A stretch of DNA of 64,000 bases from IMG/VR virus record IMGVR_UViG_3300010885_025649, positions 148,498-212,497 of that record, one strand, 5' to 3'. The notes beneath the pieces are model-generated. The model did no database searches and was not told the origin of the DNA. It worked only from the letters and a program-made list of their open reading frames with translations. Position 1 is the stretch's first letter. Every line of letters begins with the position of its first letter. Below, piece by piece: positions 25,801 to 32,727 of this stretch. A program made the translations under genes and the position numbers.

Positions 25801-26383
25801 TTCTATTAGGTTCTTGAGTAGGGTCAAAGTAATTAAATGCATTAGTGCCGGCCTCCATAAACAAGCTCAAACCTTCTCCTAAAGTTTGTCTATAAGATTG
25901 AACTTCAGCAGTTTCTTGGAATTGATAAGCATCCGCAGCTTCAATATTAGCTTCCAAATCTAAGAATGCCGTTTCAGAGGCGGAGCTACCAGCTCTATCA
26001 ACATGATATTGTCTAGCAGCTTGACTAATAGCAGTAGCTAAATCCTTATTACTACTCATTGCAGTAAGTCTGAACTTTCTAATAGTACTACCATCAGGAG
26101 CTAATTCGCTTTGCACAACTAAGCGATTATCTACAAAGTAATTATCTTGCCCAAATGGAGACGCACCTCTACGATAATAATAGGGGTTACTATCCCCGGA
26201 CATATCAGTACCAGGAGACTGGAACATCTTATCTCTAAAGACGCGTCTATTAGCATTTCTAGTATCATAGACCCCAGCAATACCTTTATCAATAAGCGCA
26301 GCAACATTATCATCAGAGGTAATGGCATAACCGCCCTGATAATACTGTCCTGTTATTTTATTCAAGAAACTATTATTGCGCAT
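16832..26383 (-). CDS. giant (~3,180 aa) protein with two-barrel RNAP active site; candidate virion RNA polymerase
   Basis: MFLRAGAP...IFVSKFAMGYQQGDYDGD (DYDGD at 19982-19996); TARLLDTKGP; PLD-like motifs; hydrophobic C-terminal helices; ATG at 26383 (track start 26398). Confidence 0.7.
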   Translation of the reverse strand: MRNNSFLNKITGQYYQGGYAITSDDNVAALIDKGIAGVYDTRNANRRVFRDKMFQSPGTDMSGDSNPYYYRRGASPFGQDNYFVDNRLVVQSELAPDGSTIRKFRLTAMSSNKDLATAISQAARQYHVDRAGSSASETAFLDLEANIEAADAYQFQETAEVQSYRQTLGEGLSLFMEAGTNAFNYFDPTQEPNRRLKRALQPFFKPVESYSSELRNFYTKSGVAINTLDSDRLANDDFYLNMSAIASSAMQVVMANHFLLDTVGIASVRKGIKFNEDPLGFRSLLNVTETPTGILSAPTLASFANVFAAAGIGPVAFSEATIFSSFFQQEGQINQMLIAATDYLLNPRSTVKNSLNKLTINLTVQAPSSSITSGNLEVFAMAKNLLQLADAEYGGKLDINLAFLQQGRGGSIVLNSDALRSIVGGRTYLDAFTSGNVNAIDDMIRASGVFHEDLSSGSSGGIEHQKNISVYGDGQLIAFAGLGKQNLTPSATGRMSEPYTNPSQFNQMFVGLHGSNLLNDSTLVGKQIRQYSAGVESVFTGASLGTQYQQLLVTDAIDAVTKYQTTALIDTRGPIGTTGSNLNELALDKLLQTVLDEGTSRGYLLTNQLDLSSNTISGISTKILKALNTDRFTLMLGSPLELGGDVRLEQARRYFDTTNPGEFDRLVAAGKIRFSSTQRFQHQTSMLVTNQYGDAQYGLMTSANISARALRSNTETGLFIGNKDSHDPQLLGQLKSGLQELGLFREDTLSGRSPIYSSTAEFNNAARQAFGTKASWNKASELIRQTMEFNQKGGLNSKLFMQEHLPGIPQSGLRIRLKYAGEDVFNYDIGFTEKGDIYMQKYDTLISSMLINTGDKERVIAGRTFGANQTVKLNSAQAIIALGQIAEYQLVQRLRAYDRALDNPDLTLTDTVDKMRLMKYRIIKSTGTNEDLSRFNTEEMRIIFKMLTKASVPIPTKTMGYSQLGDSNKYQPFMYDDLFTTNEQVIKVAPVSPDSPGVEGVVYNLDGTSETMYSLSMQSQLTKGYKAKKLGAITQIGDPAASILTMEAAFRMQAYDKLDDVTGNTAAGTPFRIPMVAVLTAHKSIGQLGQRTKNLASPRFSYQYGQFNPATNQFRETGLPEPVYHMGYGEASDALRLAQLAAIERPREPLQVVALTTGEAGLNPEIGYDLLDTTQVRLVDLTIRFQPYKTTADQNTHNNLVTKLRDLVTAGNFYTEDEFKVAVTNLQKSVGMGAGFTVEVPNLAENRTGAKMQFVMINVDPEQSGNTAVTFKAKLYTNPTARLLDTKGPTAGMNRTYAETQANALDGIYGGIGARRFLRLSNAVQDVLMNNDVFDEDKLFVNDGADFRTKLKGSLATASPLINRLVSPKQFKYGTQPKMSGALKLRYGALMATNEDDFMKIMELRNLQTHSSTKHLQTLTQEVIEDVKKLTESLVNKMSKEQIDFYNKTPPEVKAAMQSYYTAGSPHGFYNELYQFIQHADPAQYINQLFKEAYTEVMSPQSQKFGFILPAKQAQAHKLDFTYYLIEAVSLYTQVKTQVRASRIPANEELDGLVSSVLGQMLGAKPKDNTALQRLQQIIPNFNLITLSQDTFRADDTRFGRKTSANMFSQYASLYEHYANDSDHLGFTANTPFADLVGEQSQIGLLRQLTQQAIGRMFLVGAFSQGLTEFAPAFDTQWHGGLDLTHLVVNEETRNQAMAIHSLYDSMYRSAKESAVGYVLSSTNKIDLNTKIQTLVNTSAADRTAGGINETDMYKYRQEVLAARQKGTVLIPTFELGAAIPNAVRVHRNIESTILDFELIPVLGAEQLKQLSINVNPNRDNADQYINRLVLSQQEITKVFNQMPTSLKEIDPDTNMSKIQYMSQNVSNANGKKLINYGLSIEEYSYLKSLNEAKRNYITALSNLLDSDTYQQYLSTTIHRAAGGSGVTMESNQVKLGEIALGLNPALRVVNDYVTKAKSNKSYYSGGADQEILDSGFDILTKAHTYTNPKFFVTNPFTLDETTLKSTLVGSTAGSSILDDIKLNGYSLRHHAESYGILDPTTKQGYDRNLLGVINDTFSMLKVDAYSDRFFSMFLRAGAPQGVAPAALKVITLRTLNNRAAGRRGVQLGFANNSDSIFVSKFAMGYQQGDYDGDMATIQALTSSAQAMAERDAIIGRRLGRTPTTTDISQAVTDSTNRLRSAGQAVNTTVIPYGTSGVDAVHSTYDALYGVLGPTSAEETAERIMEDKRIVSLHEQVTANVTSDTNILATFKRQSRVLSGLNAQTIEDSILLNKFGRAQYESTTKIIDHFHSAEFETVVSTELGAAGAAAFKSASVEDKLNTIQGNPTLSQHLAAYSANEGTVNSYLKLMFPVIMPQNIAAAATQQTAQVATKYMGMLYDTTSHIFSHEFLQADSMGKAKARTIESVSRIAYQMQMLGREGIKPNAATGVSPSEMYTALNQLYENAYEDKPTKTKLQPAALDQAVQATGLLNPVADYISAVQGNAGTPLTESISNKILTNLSYGALAAHVGSLSSDEIAHDFAKEVPHTKLQTIRRIAANLFQTLDEELVTGGSSEKITRLVTLAEDSLGRSAMNNSDIAALRAFATDTTGTVTYTKDLQDTMNRVLQAHQYHDLFKFVTSTLNERELMASRINTSNTIAPFGEAGLGSIDFDPLSVPDARNKVNELMHKGLLNIQKMYGVQKALTTESKADIGDLALAAAHIGQALITESVNFASREGAGTTITDILGRGKLHNVNIKEIMSGFRASIDETMKTKTFSDAVDKILEYSSHGPRAFPGEIYVNGSGKIVNGVSYIRATGMIGTDPSTASYTHEYSTSAGPQSKVIDYETAKRIVGRKLIIDRAISDASRLGISGQTAKETMMFIAQAAYESTSAPDSNEHNQNLVDLSNALHNNIKQMNPYEANEMVTRLAQSNELRAHINPPSGLIRNFKNAMSNNTPMGFLGYGMLAVTTIGASIVGGALGRESNTDPAELGRSVGHGLMSSNTFAPMRSAFMMASDITSAVKSMRDMSDSDTRHEILGGYALGLAGNIVGSTILSDVITTPIAKFIGKEGTNVGELASRGLANMGSGLITAAFGALAAGLSAAMAVRTATREESPVTSLTAQAIENEYEQAQAERYRLELINSAGESDVLNIAEVSITDSIDEYDDSELNQTSYLSSINNQEYEYHFQDVAGNDMSVMTT

Positions 26384-26499
26384 ATAGTTAACTAACAACT
26401 TACTATACTATATAGCAAAAGTATGGTAATATCTAAGGATGCGCAGATTACACAAGGCGCAGGTACTAAAATAAAACTAGTTTACAACGGACACACAAA

Positions 26500-26919
26500 A
26501 TGAGAAAGGATAAGTTTTACAAGATCACGCTACCAACCGGGTTAGTAATTGAATTCAGAGAACCATTATTCAAAGAAGTAGAAACATTAAAGCATCAGTG
26601 GAAGAGCAAATTAGCAGCTAAGCAAATTGTATTAACCGATTTAGTTCCGGCCGCATGCATTGAAACTATTAATGGACAAGCTCCAGAAGAGCCAGATCCT
26701 ATTGCATTACTAAGCACAATGGTATACAGAGATGTATGTGCTTACACTAACTTCTTCAATGGAATGTGTATGCCTCCTGACTTGGCCAAACAGATTGAGG
26801 AAGCAGATTACAATAGTTTTTTCGAGACGGGGGAGATCAACTTCCAGACCAAGAACAACTTCGAGACTTCCGATGGCAAAGAGACCGTAGTCGTCAAGAA
26901 AACCGCCCAGAAACCTTAA
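26500..26919 (+). CDS. tail assembly chaperone-like protein (gpG-like)
   Basis: ITLPTGLVIEFREP..ACIETING; slippery T TTT TTC near the 3' end. Confidence 0.6.
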   Translation: MRKDKFYKITLPTGLVIEFREPLFKEVETLKHQWKSKLAAKQIVLTDLVPAACIETINGQAPEEPDPIALLSTMVYRDVCAYTNFFNGMCMPPDLAKQIEEADYNSFFETGEINFQTKNNFETSDGKETVVVKKTAQKP

Positions 26920-27416
26920 GTAAATATCGGCATAATCGTATAACCACTTGGGAAAAGAGAGTATTTCCTACACCTGTACAGTTTGCTCATCTTTCCCCAA
27001 TTGGCCCAATATTCCCGGAAGTAACTATATTAGATGGAATCTTCTACTTTGTATATAGTCACTTCTTATATAGACGAACTACAAAGTTTCGAGATAACAA
27101 GTACGATTTAACCAGGGCAATACAAGAAAGATTAATTGATGACTATATAAATAGTTATGAGTTGCGAGATCTATATGAAATAAGTAAAGGTTGGGGAATG
27201 CCTGCTTTTGCTGAGCCATTAACTGAGTTATCATATTTCTTAGTAGCCGCATTAAACTCAATACATTTAGAATATGTAGCAAAACTAAATAGACAGAAAC
27301 AGGAAGAAGAACAAAAAATATTTAAGAAGTTTGAAGAAGTTAATAAACCTGCACCTCAAGGTCCACCAAGAGTTGAGAGTGCATTAACCAAAGTACATGT
27401 ACGAGGATTAAGTTAA
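26817..27416 (+). CDS. -1 frameshift extension (gpGT-like)
   Basis: -1 frame opens at the heptamer 26817-26823 (TAG immediately before) and stays open to 27416. Confidence 0.65.
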   Translation, partial: FFRDGGDQLPDQEQLRDFRWQRDRSRQENRPETLSKYRHNRITTWEKRVFPTPVQFAHLSPIGPIFPEVTILDGIFYFVYSHFLYRRTTKFRDNKYDLTRAIQERLIDDYINSYELRDLYEISKGWGMPAFAEPLTELSYFLVAALNSIHLEYVAKLNRQKQEEEQKIFKKFEEVNKPAPQGPPRVESALTKVHVRGLS

Positions 27417-28919
27417 ATGGCACAAAGAGGAAGGCCTAAAGGCAGTACCGTTAGAAATAATAACTCATCAGAGTTTGATTTTAGCGCAATGAATAAGCCA
27501 GTCTCTGGGGCAAAACAAGTAGGTACAAATCTAAATCCATTTAATGCAAGTCTAGTCCAAAGTTATTATAGATTACCTACGAATGCGATTCAGAGTTATA
27601 TATACGCAGCAACAGTAGAACCTACTATTCACGGAGCATTAGAATTAATCATCCGTAGTTTAGTAGGTGCTATTGGTAGTTATGAACACCCCAATAAAGA
27701 AATACAAGATTTTGTTAGACAGAACTTATTAGAATTAGATGAAAGTTTAAGTAATATCTTTTATAACTTAACCTATAATAATTTAACTGCGGGATATGCA
27801 GTAGGTGAGAATATTTGGGCTTTAAAGAATGAGCAATGGTGGTTAAAGAATGTAGCTTGTTATCACCCTGCATCAATATTCTTCAGTGTTAACCACAGAG
27901 GAATTCTAACAGAAGGTGAAGCCAGTTTATTCGGCCCCTATACTACTGGAGTTTGGCAGCATCAATTCATGGGTACACCAATGAGACTACCCAGAAATAA
28001 ACTAATAATCACCGCTCACAAGAAAAGAGATAATAATTATTATGGGGAGTCAGCTATCAAACCCATATATAATCATTACTTAGCTAAAGGTCAAGTACTG
28101 CCCATGCAGTTAGTAGCATTAGATAGATATGGTAGTCCATTAATCCATGCTAATGTACCTGCAATGCCTACAACCAGAATGTTAGAAGATCCAATTACTA
28201 AAGAGATTCGTCCTATGAGTATGGCAGAAGATCTAACAGAGAAAGTTAGCAATCTACAAACCGGTAGTACTATTGTTACAGAGCAGCCGCCAGGAGCTAA
28301 CATTCAACCAATCAAGATTGAAGCTATTACAACCAGTAATAACTTTGGTAAGTCTTTTGATAATGCTACCCAACAATACAATAGAGAAATCTATAGAGGC
28401 TTATTAGTTCCGCAGTTATTATTAGAAACCCAAACCGGAGTAATCGGACAAGGCGGGGCACCAATACACTTTGAAGTATTCAAGATTATGTTACAGAGTT
28501 TATATGAAGAAGTAATGGGGCCATTTCTAAGAGAGACTATTGGATCATTAGTATGGTATAACTTTAATGAGCGTAATCCGGGTAGCTTTCCTTTTATGCA
28601 CAAAGATATTGCTACACAAGAACGCATTGCAGCATTACTAAAACAAGCTGTAGTGGATGGATTCCTAGACTACAATAATATTCAAGATCTAGATTATGGC
28701 AGAAGACTATTAGGATTACCACAATCTAATACGGATGAATTAGCCTCACATGCTAAACAGGTAAGAGATAGAACTAGTAGCAAGCCTGAAGAAATTAAAA
28801 CAGCAGGACAAGTCTTGAAGCAAGGATTAGCTGCACAAGACTTTACACCAGAACAGATACAAGCAATCTATCATTGGTTAGAAGAAGCATTAGATTTAAA
28901 TAAGGAAGAAGAAGAATGA
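27417..28919 (+). CDS. portal protein (Mu gp29/DUF935-like)
   Basis: AGYAVGENIW, NYYGESAIKPIY, LDRYGSP; size and position. Confidence 0.8.
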   Translation: MAQRGRPKGSTVRNNNSSEFDFSAMNKPVSGAKQVGTNLNPFNASLVQSYYRLPTNAIQSYIYAATVEPTIHGALELIIRSLVGAIGSYEHPNKEIQDFVRQNLLELDESLSNIFYNLTYNNLTAGYAVGENIWALKNEQWWLKNVACYHPASIFFSVNHRGILTEGEASLFGPYTTGVWQHQFMGTPMRLPRNKLIITAHKKRDNNYYGESAIKPIYNHYLAKGQVLPMQLVALDRYGSPLIHANVPAMPTTRMLEDPITKEIRPMSMAEDLTEKVSNLQTGSTIVTEQPPGANIQPIKIEAITTSNNFGKSFDNATQQYNREIYRGLLVPQLLLETQTGVIGQGGAPIHFEVFKIMLQSLYEEVMGPFLRETIGSLVWYNFNERNPGSFPFMHKDIATQERIAALLKQAVVDGFLDYNNIQDLDYGRRLLGLPQSNTDELASHAKQVRDRTSSKPEEIKTAGQVLKQGLAAQDFTPEQIQAIYHWLEEALDLNKEEEE

Positions 28920-29197
28920 TAAAAGAATATAAAGAGTTTCTACAAAAAGCAATGAATTCAAATACTTTAATAGGTCTAGATACTGTGGAATATCCTGGGT
29001 TAAGATTAATGAATATCTTAACTTTAGGTAGAGAAACCTTTGTAGCAAATGTTATCTGTGCAAAAGACTTAAAGACTTATTTATATAGAGTAATGTTACC
29101 TTATACAGCTATTCAAAGTGTAATATATTATCCTGCAACTTGGGAAAGTTTATTTGGGGATGATGATTTAGAATCAGAAATTGAATACGAGGATTAA
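28916..29197 (+). CDS. hypothetical protein
   Basis: 93 aa, overlaps portal stop. Confidence 0.6.
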   Translation: MIKEYKEFLQKAMNSNTLIGLDTVEYPGLRLMNILTLGRETFVANVICAKDLKTYLYRVMLPYTAIQSVIYYPATWESLFGDDDLESEIEYED

Positions 29198-30142
29198 GTG
29201 AATATCATTGATGAAACCACAGCAATAGAACTTATTAAAAATATCCAATTACTTTCTAACACAGAGCAATTAGATATTATTAATAAGTTCTATTATCGTT
29301 TAAGTAATCATATGAATCCTACAGAAGATATTATTGCAGCAACAGCAGTATTAGCTAACTACTTAAGAACTAAGAATAATAAATTAGATATCTTTACAAA
29401 CTATCTGGCAAAGAGGCAAAAAGTTCTCTTTATATGCACCTCTACAAGGTATGAAAAACACAGCGGGGATATTCCCAAGAGTACTGAACTTGCATATATT
29501 GTGCAACGTAAACTTGGACAAGACAAGGTGACTGTGATGGATGCATATAAGCTGAACATTTATGTCTGCGAAGGTAATGTGTCAGCAAGGGAAGGAAACA
29601 ATTGTGGTGTAAAAGAAGCCAAGCTTATAGATAGCACAAAGAATCCCACAGGCTATCATAGGTGTTGGGCTTCTATAAATAATCCCACAGATGAATTATG
29701 GAAGATCAGTAAAGCTATATTTGAAAGTGATGTTATAGTATTCTGTTTATCAAATCGCTGGGGTAGTGGTTGTGCAATATATCAAAAGATTAAAGAGAGA
29801 TTAAACTGGATTATTAATAGAGTAGACACCTTAAAAGAAACTCCGATAATAATTAATAAAGACTTAGGATTAATAATCACAGGACATAACTGGGGCACAG
29901 AAGAGTTACTTCTTAAAGAACAACAAGTGTGGAATATGTTTGGATTTAATACCCCTAATGAGCTACAGATTAGTTATCAATTTAGTAATGATATTACTAC
30001 AACAACTCCAGAAAGTTATTCAGAAACATATAAGAAGTTTGAACAAGTCTTTAATGTTAATTTAATAACAAATGATTATTTAGCAAGAATTATAATAAAT
30101 CCATACACAGGATTAAAACAAGATGGAGCCGATTTAAAATGA
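29198..30142 (+). CDS. flavodoxin-fold NAD(P)H-dependent FMN reductase-like protein
   Basis: VLFICTSTR..KSTELA..CEGNVS..HRCWAS..DELWKISKAIFESDVIVF..RWG. Confidence 0.7.
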   Translation: MNIIDETTAIELIKNIQLLSNTEQLDIINKFYYRLSNHMNPTEDIIAATAVLANYLRTKNNKLDIFTNYLAKRQKVLFICTSTRYEKHSGDIPKSTELAYIVQRKLGQDKVTVMDAYKLNIYVCEGNVSAREGNNCGVKEAKLIDSTKNPTGYHRCWASINNPTDELWKISKAIFESDVIVFCLSNRWGSGCAIYQKIKERLNWIINRVDTLKETPIIINKDLGLIITGHNWGTEELLLKEQQVWNMFGFNTPNELQISYQFSNDITTTTPESYSETYKKFEQVFNVNLITNDYLARIIINPYTGLKQDGADLK

Positions 30143-30333
30143 TAACAAGAAAAGGATTAAATGTCCAAGCAAGAAAGAATACAAATAATAAATATCAAGC
30201 TTATTTATATTGGGAGAACAGGCCTATTAGTATTAAAGCTTTAAGTGAAGAAGAATTTGAAACCGAAGCAGATGTATTAATAAACTTTAAAGATAAGATA
30301 AAAGATATTAAACTTAAACATAGGGATTTATAA
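30139..30333 (+). CDS. hypothetical protein
   Basis: 64 aa, coupled to both neighbours. Confidence 0.55.
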   Translation: MITRKGLNVQARKNTNNKYQAYLYWENRPISIKALSEEEFETEADVLINFKDKIKDIKLKHRDL

Positions 30334-31775
30334 TGAACAGTTTTGAATGGAATGGCTTAACTATAGTTATTGAATATAACGAAGGGGATATTCGCTTTGG
30401 CCGATATTGGTCTTGTAAGTATGGTTATATAGAAGACTACTTAGGAGAAGATGGTGTAGAGTTAGATTGTTATGTTGGAGATAACTTAGATAGCCCCAAT
30501 CTATTTTTACTACAGCAAGTACGCTTAGATGGTACTCCGGATGAATCTAAAGTAATGATTGGATTTAATGATATTGATGAGGCTAAACAAGCTTATATTA
30601 GATGCATGCCTGTAAGATTCTTTGGGGGCATTAAACCAATTAGTTTTGATAGCCTTGAATATTTTCAGAACAAGATCTATACAACTACTCAACCGGTAAG
30701 ATTTATTATTGATTATACTGTTCCTAATACTATAGAAGGAATTGATGCATATTTTGCAGATCCATTCTGTAAGGAATTAACCCAAGCACAGATCGCAGCT
30801 ATTGCGGATAGCCCTGCAATGTATGAATGTTATTCTAATACTGTCTTTATAGATAAAGCTATCCATGCTAAAGCTGTAGCTAAAGCTAAGAATAAGTTTG
30901 ATGTATGGCCTAGTGCATATGGCAGTTTATACATGACCAAATTATACAAAAGTATGGGAGGAAGATTCCGTGCGGAGAAGAACTCAACTAATGCTTTAAG
31001 TAATACTACTATTAGTTGGTCTAGTGGTTGGCAAGTATTAAGTAATAAAGGAGAAGTCTTAGAAGTAAAAGACAATACTACTAGACCTAAATGTTTATCT
31101 TATGATACCTGGAAAGCATCTATTTCTCCGGAGATCCTAAGTGCTTATACTACAAAGTATGAAGTTCAAAGTAATACCGTAGAGTTAAAAACCCGTGCTG
31201 AAAAATACTCATCTTTATCAGAAGAATTATTAAGTATGTTTAATTTAAGTGATGGTGAAGATGACGATGCAGATTTACTTGAAGATTATATCCATCACAA
31301 CTGCACAGATTATACATATGATCAATTAGCAGAGATGCAAGATGAAGATCATATTCTTAATACTTTAATGGAATTATACGGTACAGAATATAATGATAGT
31401 GAAATAGAAGGGCTGGAAGAAGAGTTATCTGCGAATTATTATATTCCTAGTAAGTACAAAGATAAAGAAAGTGGAGGACTAACCAATAAAGGCATCTCGT
31501 ATTCCAATAGGAAGTTTGGCACCAAGTTAAAAGCAGGAGTGCAACACAAACCCCGAAGTCCTGAAGAGTTTCGTCGTCAAGGATTATTCTTAACTAGAAT
31601 GTATGGTCCTAATTCACATGGCCCTTTAACCAATGCAGATGGTACTCCAACCCGCCGAGCATTACAGGCAAAGAAGTGGAATAGTAAGATTCCTAAAACG
31701 GCCGATGATGTTAGGGTATTATATAAAAAAGGCAAACGGTTATTAGAAACTTATAGTAGATTAAAGGATAAATAA
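30333..31775 (+). CDS. multidomain head-module protein with inorganic-pyrophosphatase-like N-terminal domain
   Basis: YGYI...GEDGVELDCYVG..DESKVMIGF; then WPSAYGS..YKSMGG and GGLTNKG..FLTRM..PTRRAL..KKW phage modules. Confidence 0.65.
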   Translation: MNSFEWNGLTIVIEYNEGDIRFGRYWSCKYGYIEDYLGEDGVELDCYVGDNLDSPNLFLLQQVRLDGTPDESKVMIGFNDIDEAKQAYIRCMPVRFFGGIKPISFDSLEYFQNKIYTTTQPVRFIIDYTVPNTIEGIDAYFADPFCKELTQAQIAAIADSPAMYECYSNTVFIDKAIHAKAVAKAKNKFDVWPSAYGSLYMTKLYKSMGGRFRAEKNSTNALSNTTISWSSGWQVLSNKGEVLEVKDNTTRPKCLSYDTWKASISPEILSAYTTKYEVQSNTVELKTRAEKYSSLSEELLSMFNLSDGEDDDADLLEDYIHHNCTDYTYDQLAEMQDEDHILNTLMELYGTEYNDSEIEGLEEELSANYYIPSKYKDKESGGLTNKGISYSNRKFGTKLKAGVQHKPRSPEEFRRQGLFLTRMYGPNSHGPLTNADGTPTRRALQAKKWNSKIPKTADDVRVLYKKGKRLLETYSRLKDK

Positions 31776-32689
31776 TGCATACCGGAACAACTGTTGCAGT
31801 AGAAGAAGCTCCAGATTCTATAGCACCTGGACAAGATAGTGAGGATTGTCTAAGCACAAACTATAAGAAAGTATTTAATAATGATCAGTTATCAAAACTT
31901 TCAGATAAAGTAACTGAGGCATTAACTATTCACATGGGATTAAAAGAGATCTTAACTAATACTGAAAAGTTAAGTGAAGAATATAGTAATTACTTAGCAA
32001 AGACTTTAACATTAACTAATCAGCTATTAAGCTTAGGTATTAATCAAGATTTAAGCCAGCTAAGTAGCTTAGGTAAAAGTAATCCAAAGAATCAATTTAA
32101 TTTTATAGCAACTAGTTTACAAGCAGTAAGTACAGAATTGCAGGAATCACTTAGTATTAATGTTCCTGGTAGTGTTTATACAATGACCTTAGATAATCCG
32201 CTACCAGATCAAACTCCTTTAGACAATGAACCGGCTAAGCCACAAGAAGATGCATTATTCAAAGTGCAAGAAGAGATGGATTCTAAACAAAATGGTTACG
32301 ATAAGACTGGCTTAAAGAGTTTATATACCGGGCAACAATTCTATAGTAATTTAGTGGATGCGGCTGATTATAATTGTGGATTTGACGAATGCCCATTATT
32401 TAGTTATAGTATGGATGTACTCGGGGTACCAGAAGATGAGGTAGATTTAAGTACATTCGTATTAAGTAAACTAGATGGTAGTGCTAGAAAAGCTTTAGCT
32501 GCCAGTGAATTTGGATTACCCAAAGAGCGTAGGTTTCCTTTAAATGATAAAGCCCATGTATTAGCAGCCTTACGCATGTTTAAGTTAGGTAAGAATCTAA
32601 GTGATGCACAAAAGAGCAGTCTAAAAGCTAAGATACATGCTAAAGCTAAAGAGTATGGAATTGAAGTAGCAAGCGCAGAAAAACCCTAG
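31775..32689 (+). CDS. head-module protein with C-terminal DUF6582-like domain
   Basis: RKALAASEFGLPKERRFPLNDKAHVLAALRMF..AKAKEYGIE. Confidence 0.6.
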   Translation: MHTGTTVAVEEAPDSIAPGQDSEDCLSTNYKKVFNNDQLSKLSDKVTEALTIHMGLKEILTNTEKLSEEYSNYLAKTLTLTNQLLSLGINQDLSQLSSLGKSNPKNQFNFIATSLQAVSTELQESLSINVPGSVYTMTLDNPLPDQTPLDNEPAKPQEDALFKVQEEMDSKQNGYDKTGLKSLYTGQQFYSNLVDAADYNCGFDECPLFSYSMDVLGVPEDEVDLSTFVLSKLDGSARKALAASEFGLPKERRFPLNDKAHVLAALRMFKLGKNLSDAQKSSLKAKIHAKAKEYGIEVASAEKP

Positions 32690-32727
32690 CAATTAGTATA
32701 TAGTATAAAGAAGTTAGAGAAATAGTA

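Noticed and set aside
27162-27416. Independent 84-aa gene
   Set aside because: TTG start without a clear SD; the frame is open back to the slippery site, so it is better explained as a frameshift extension
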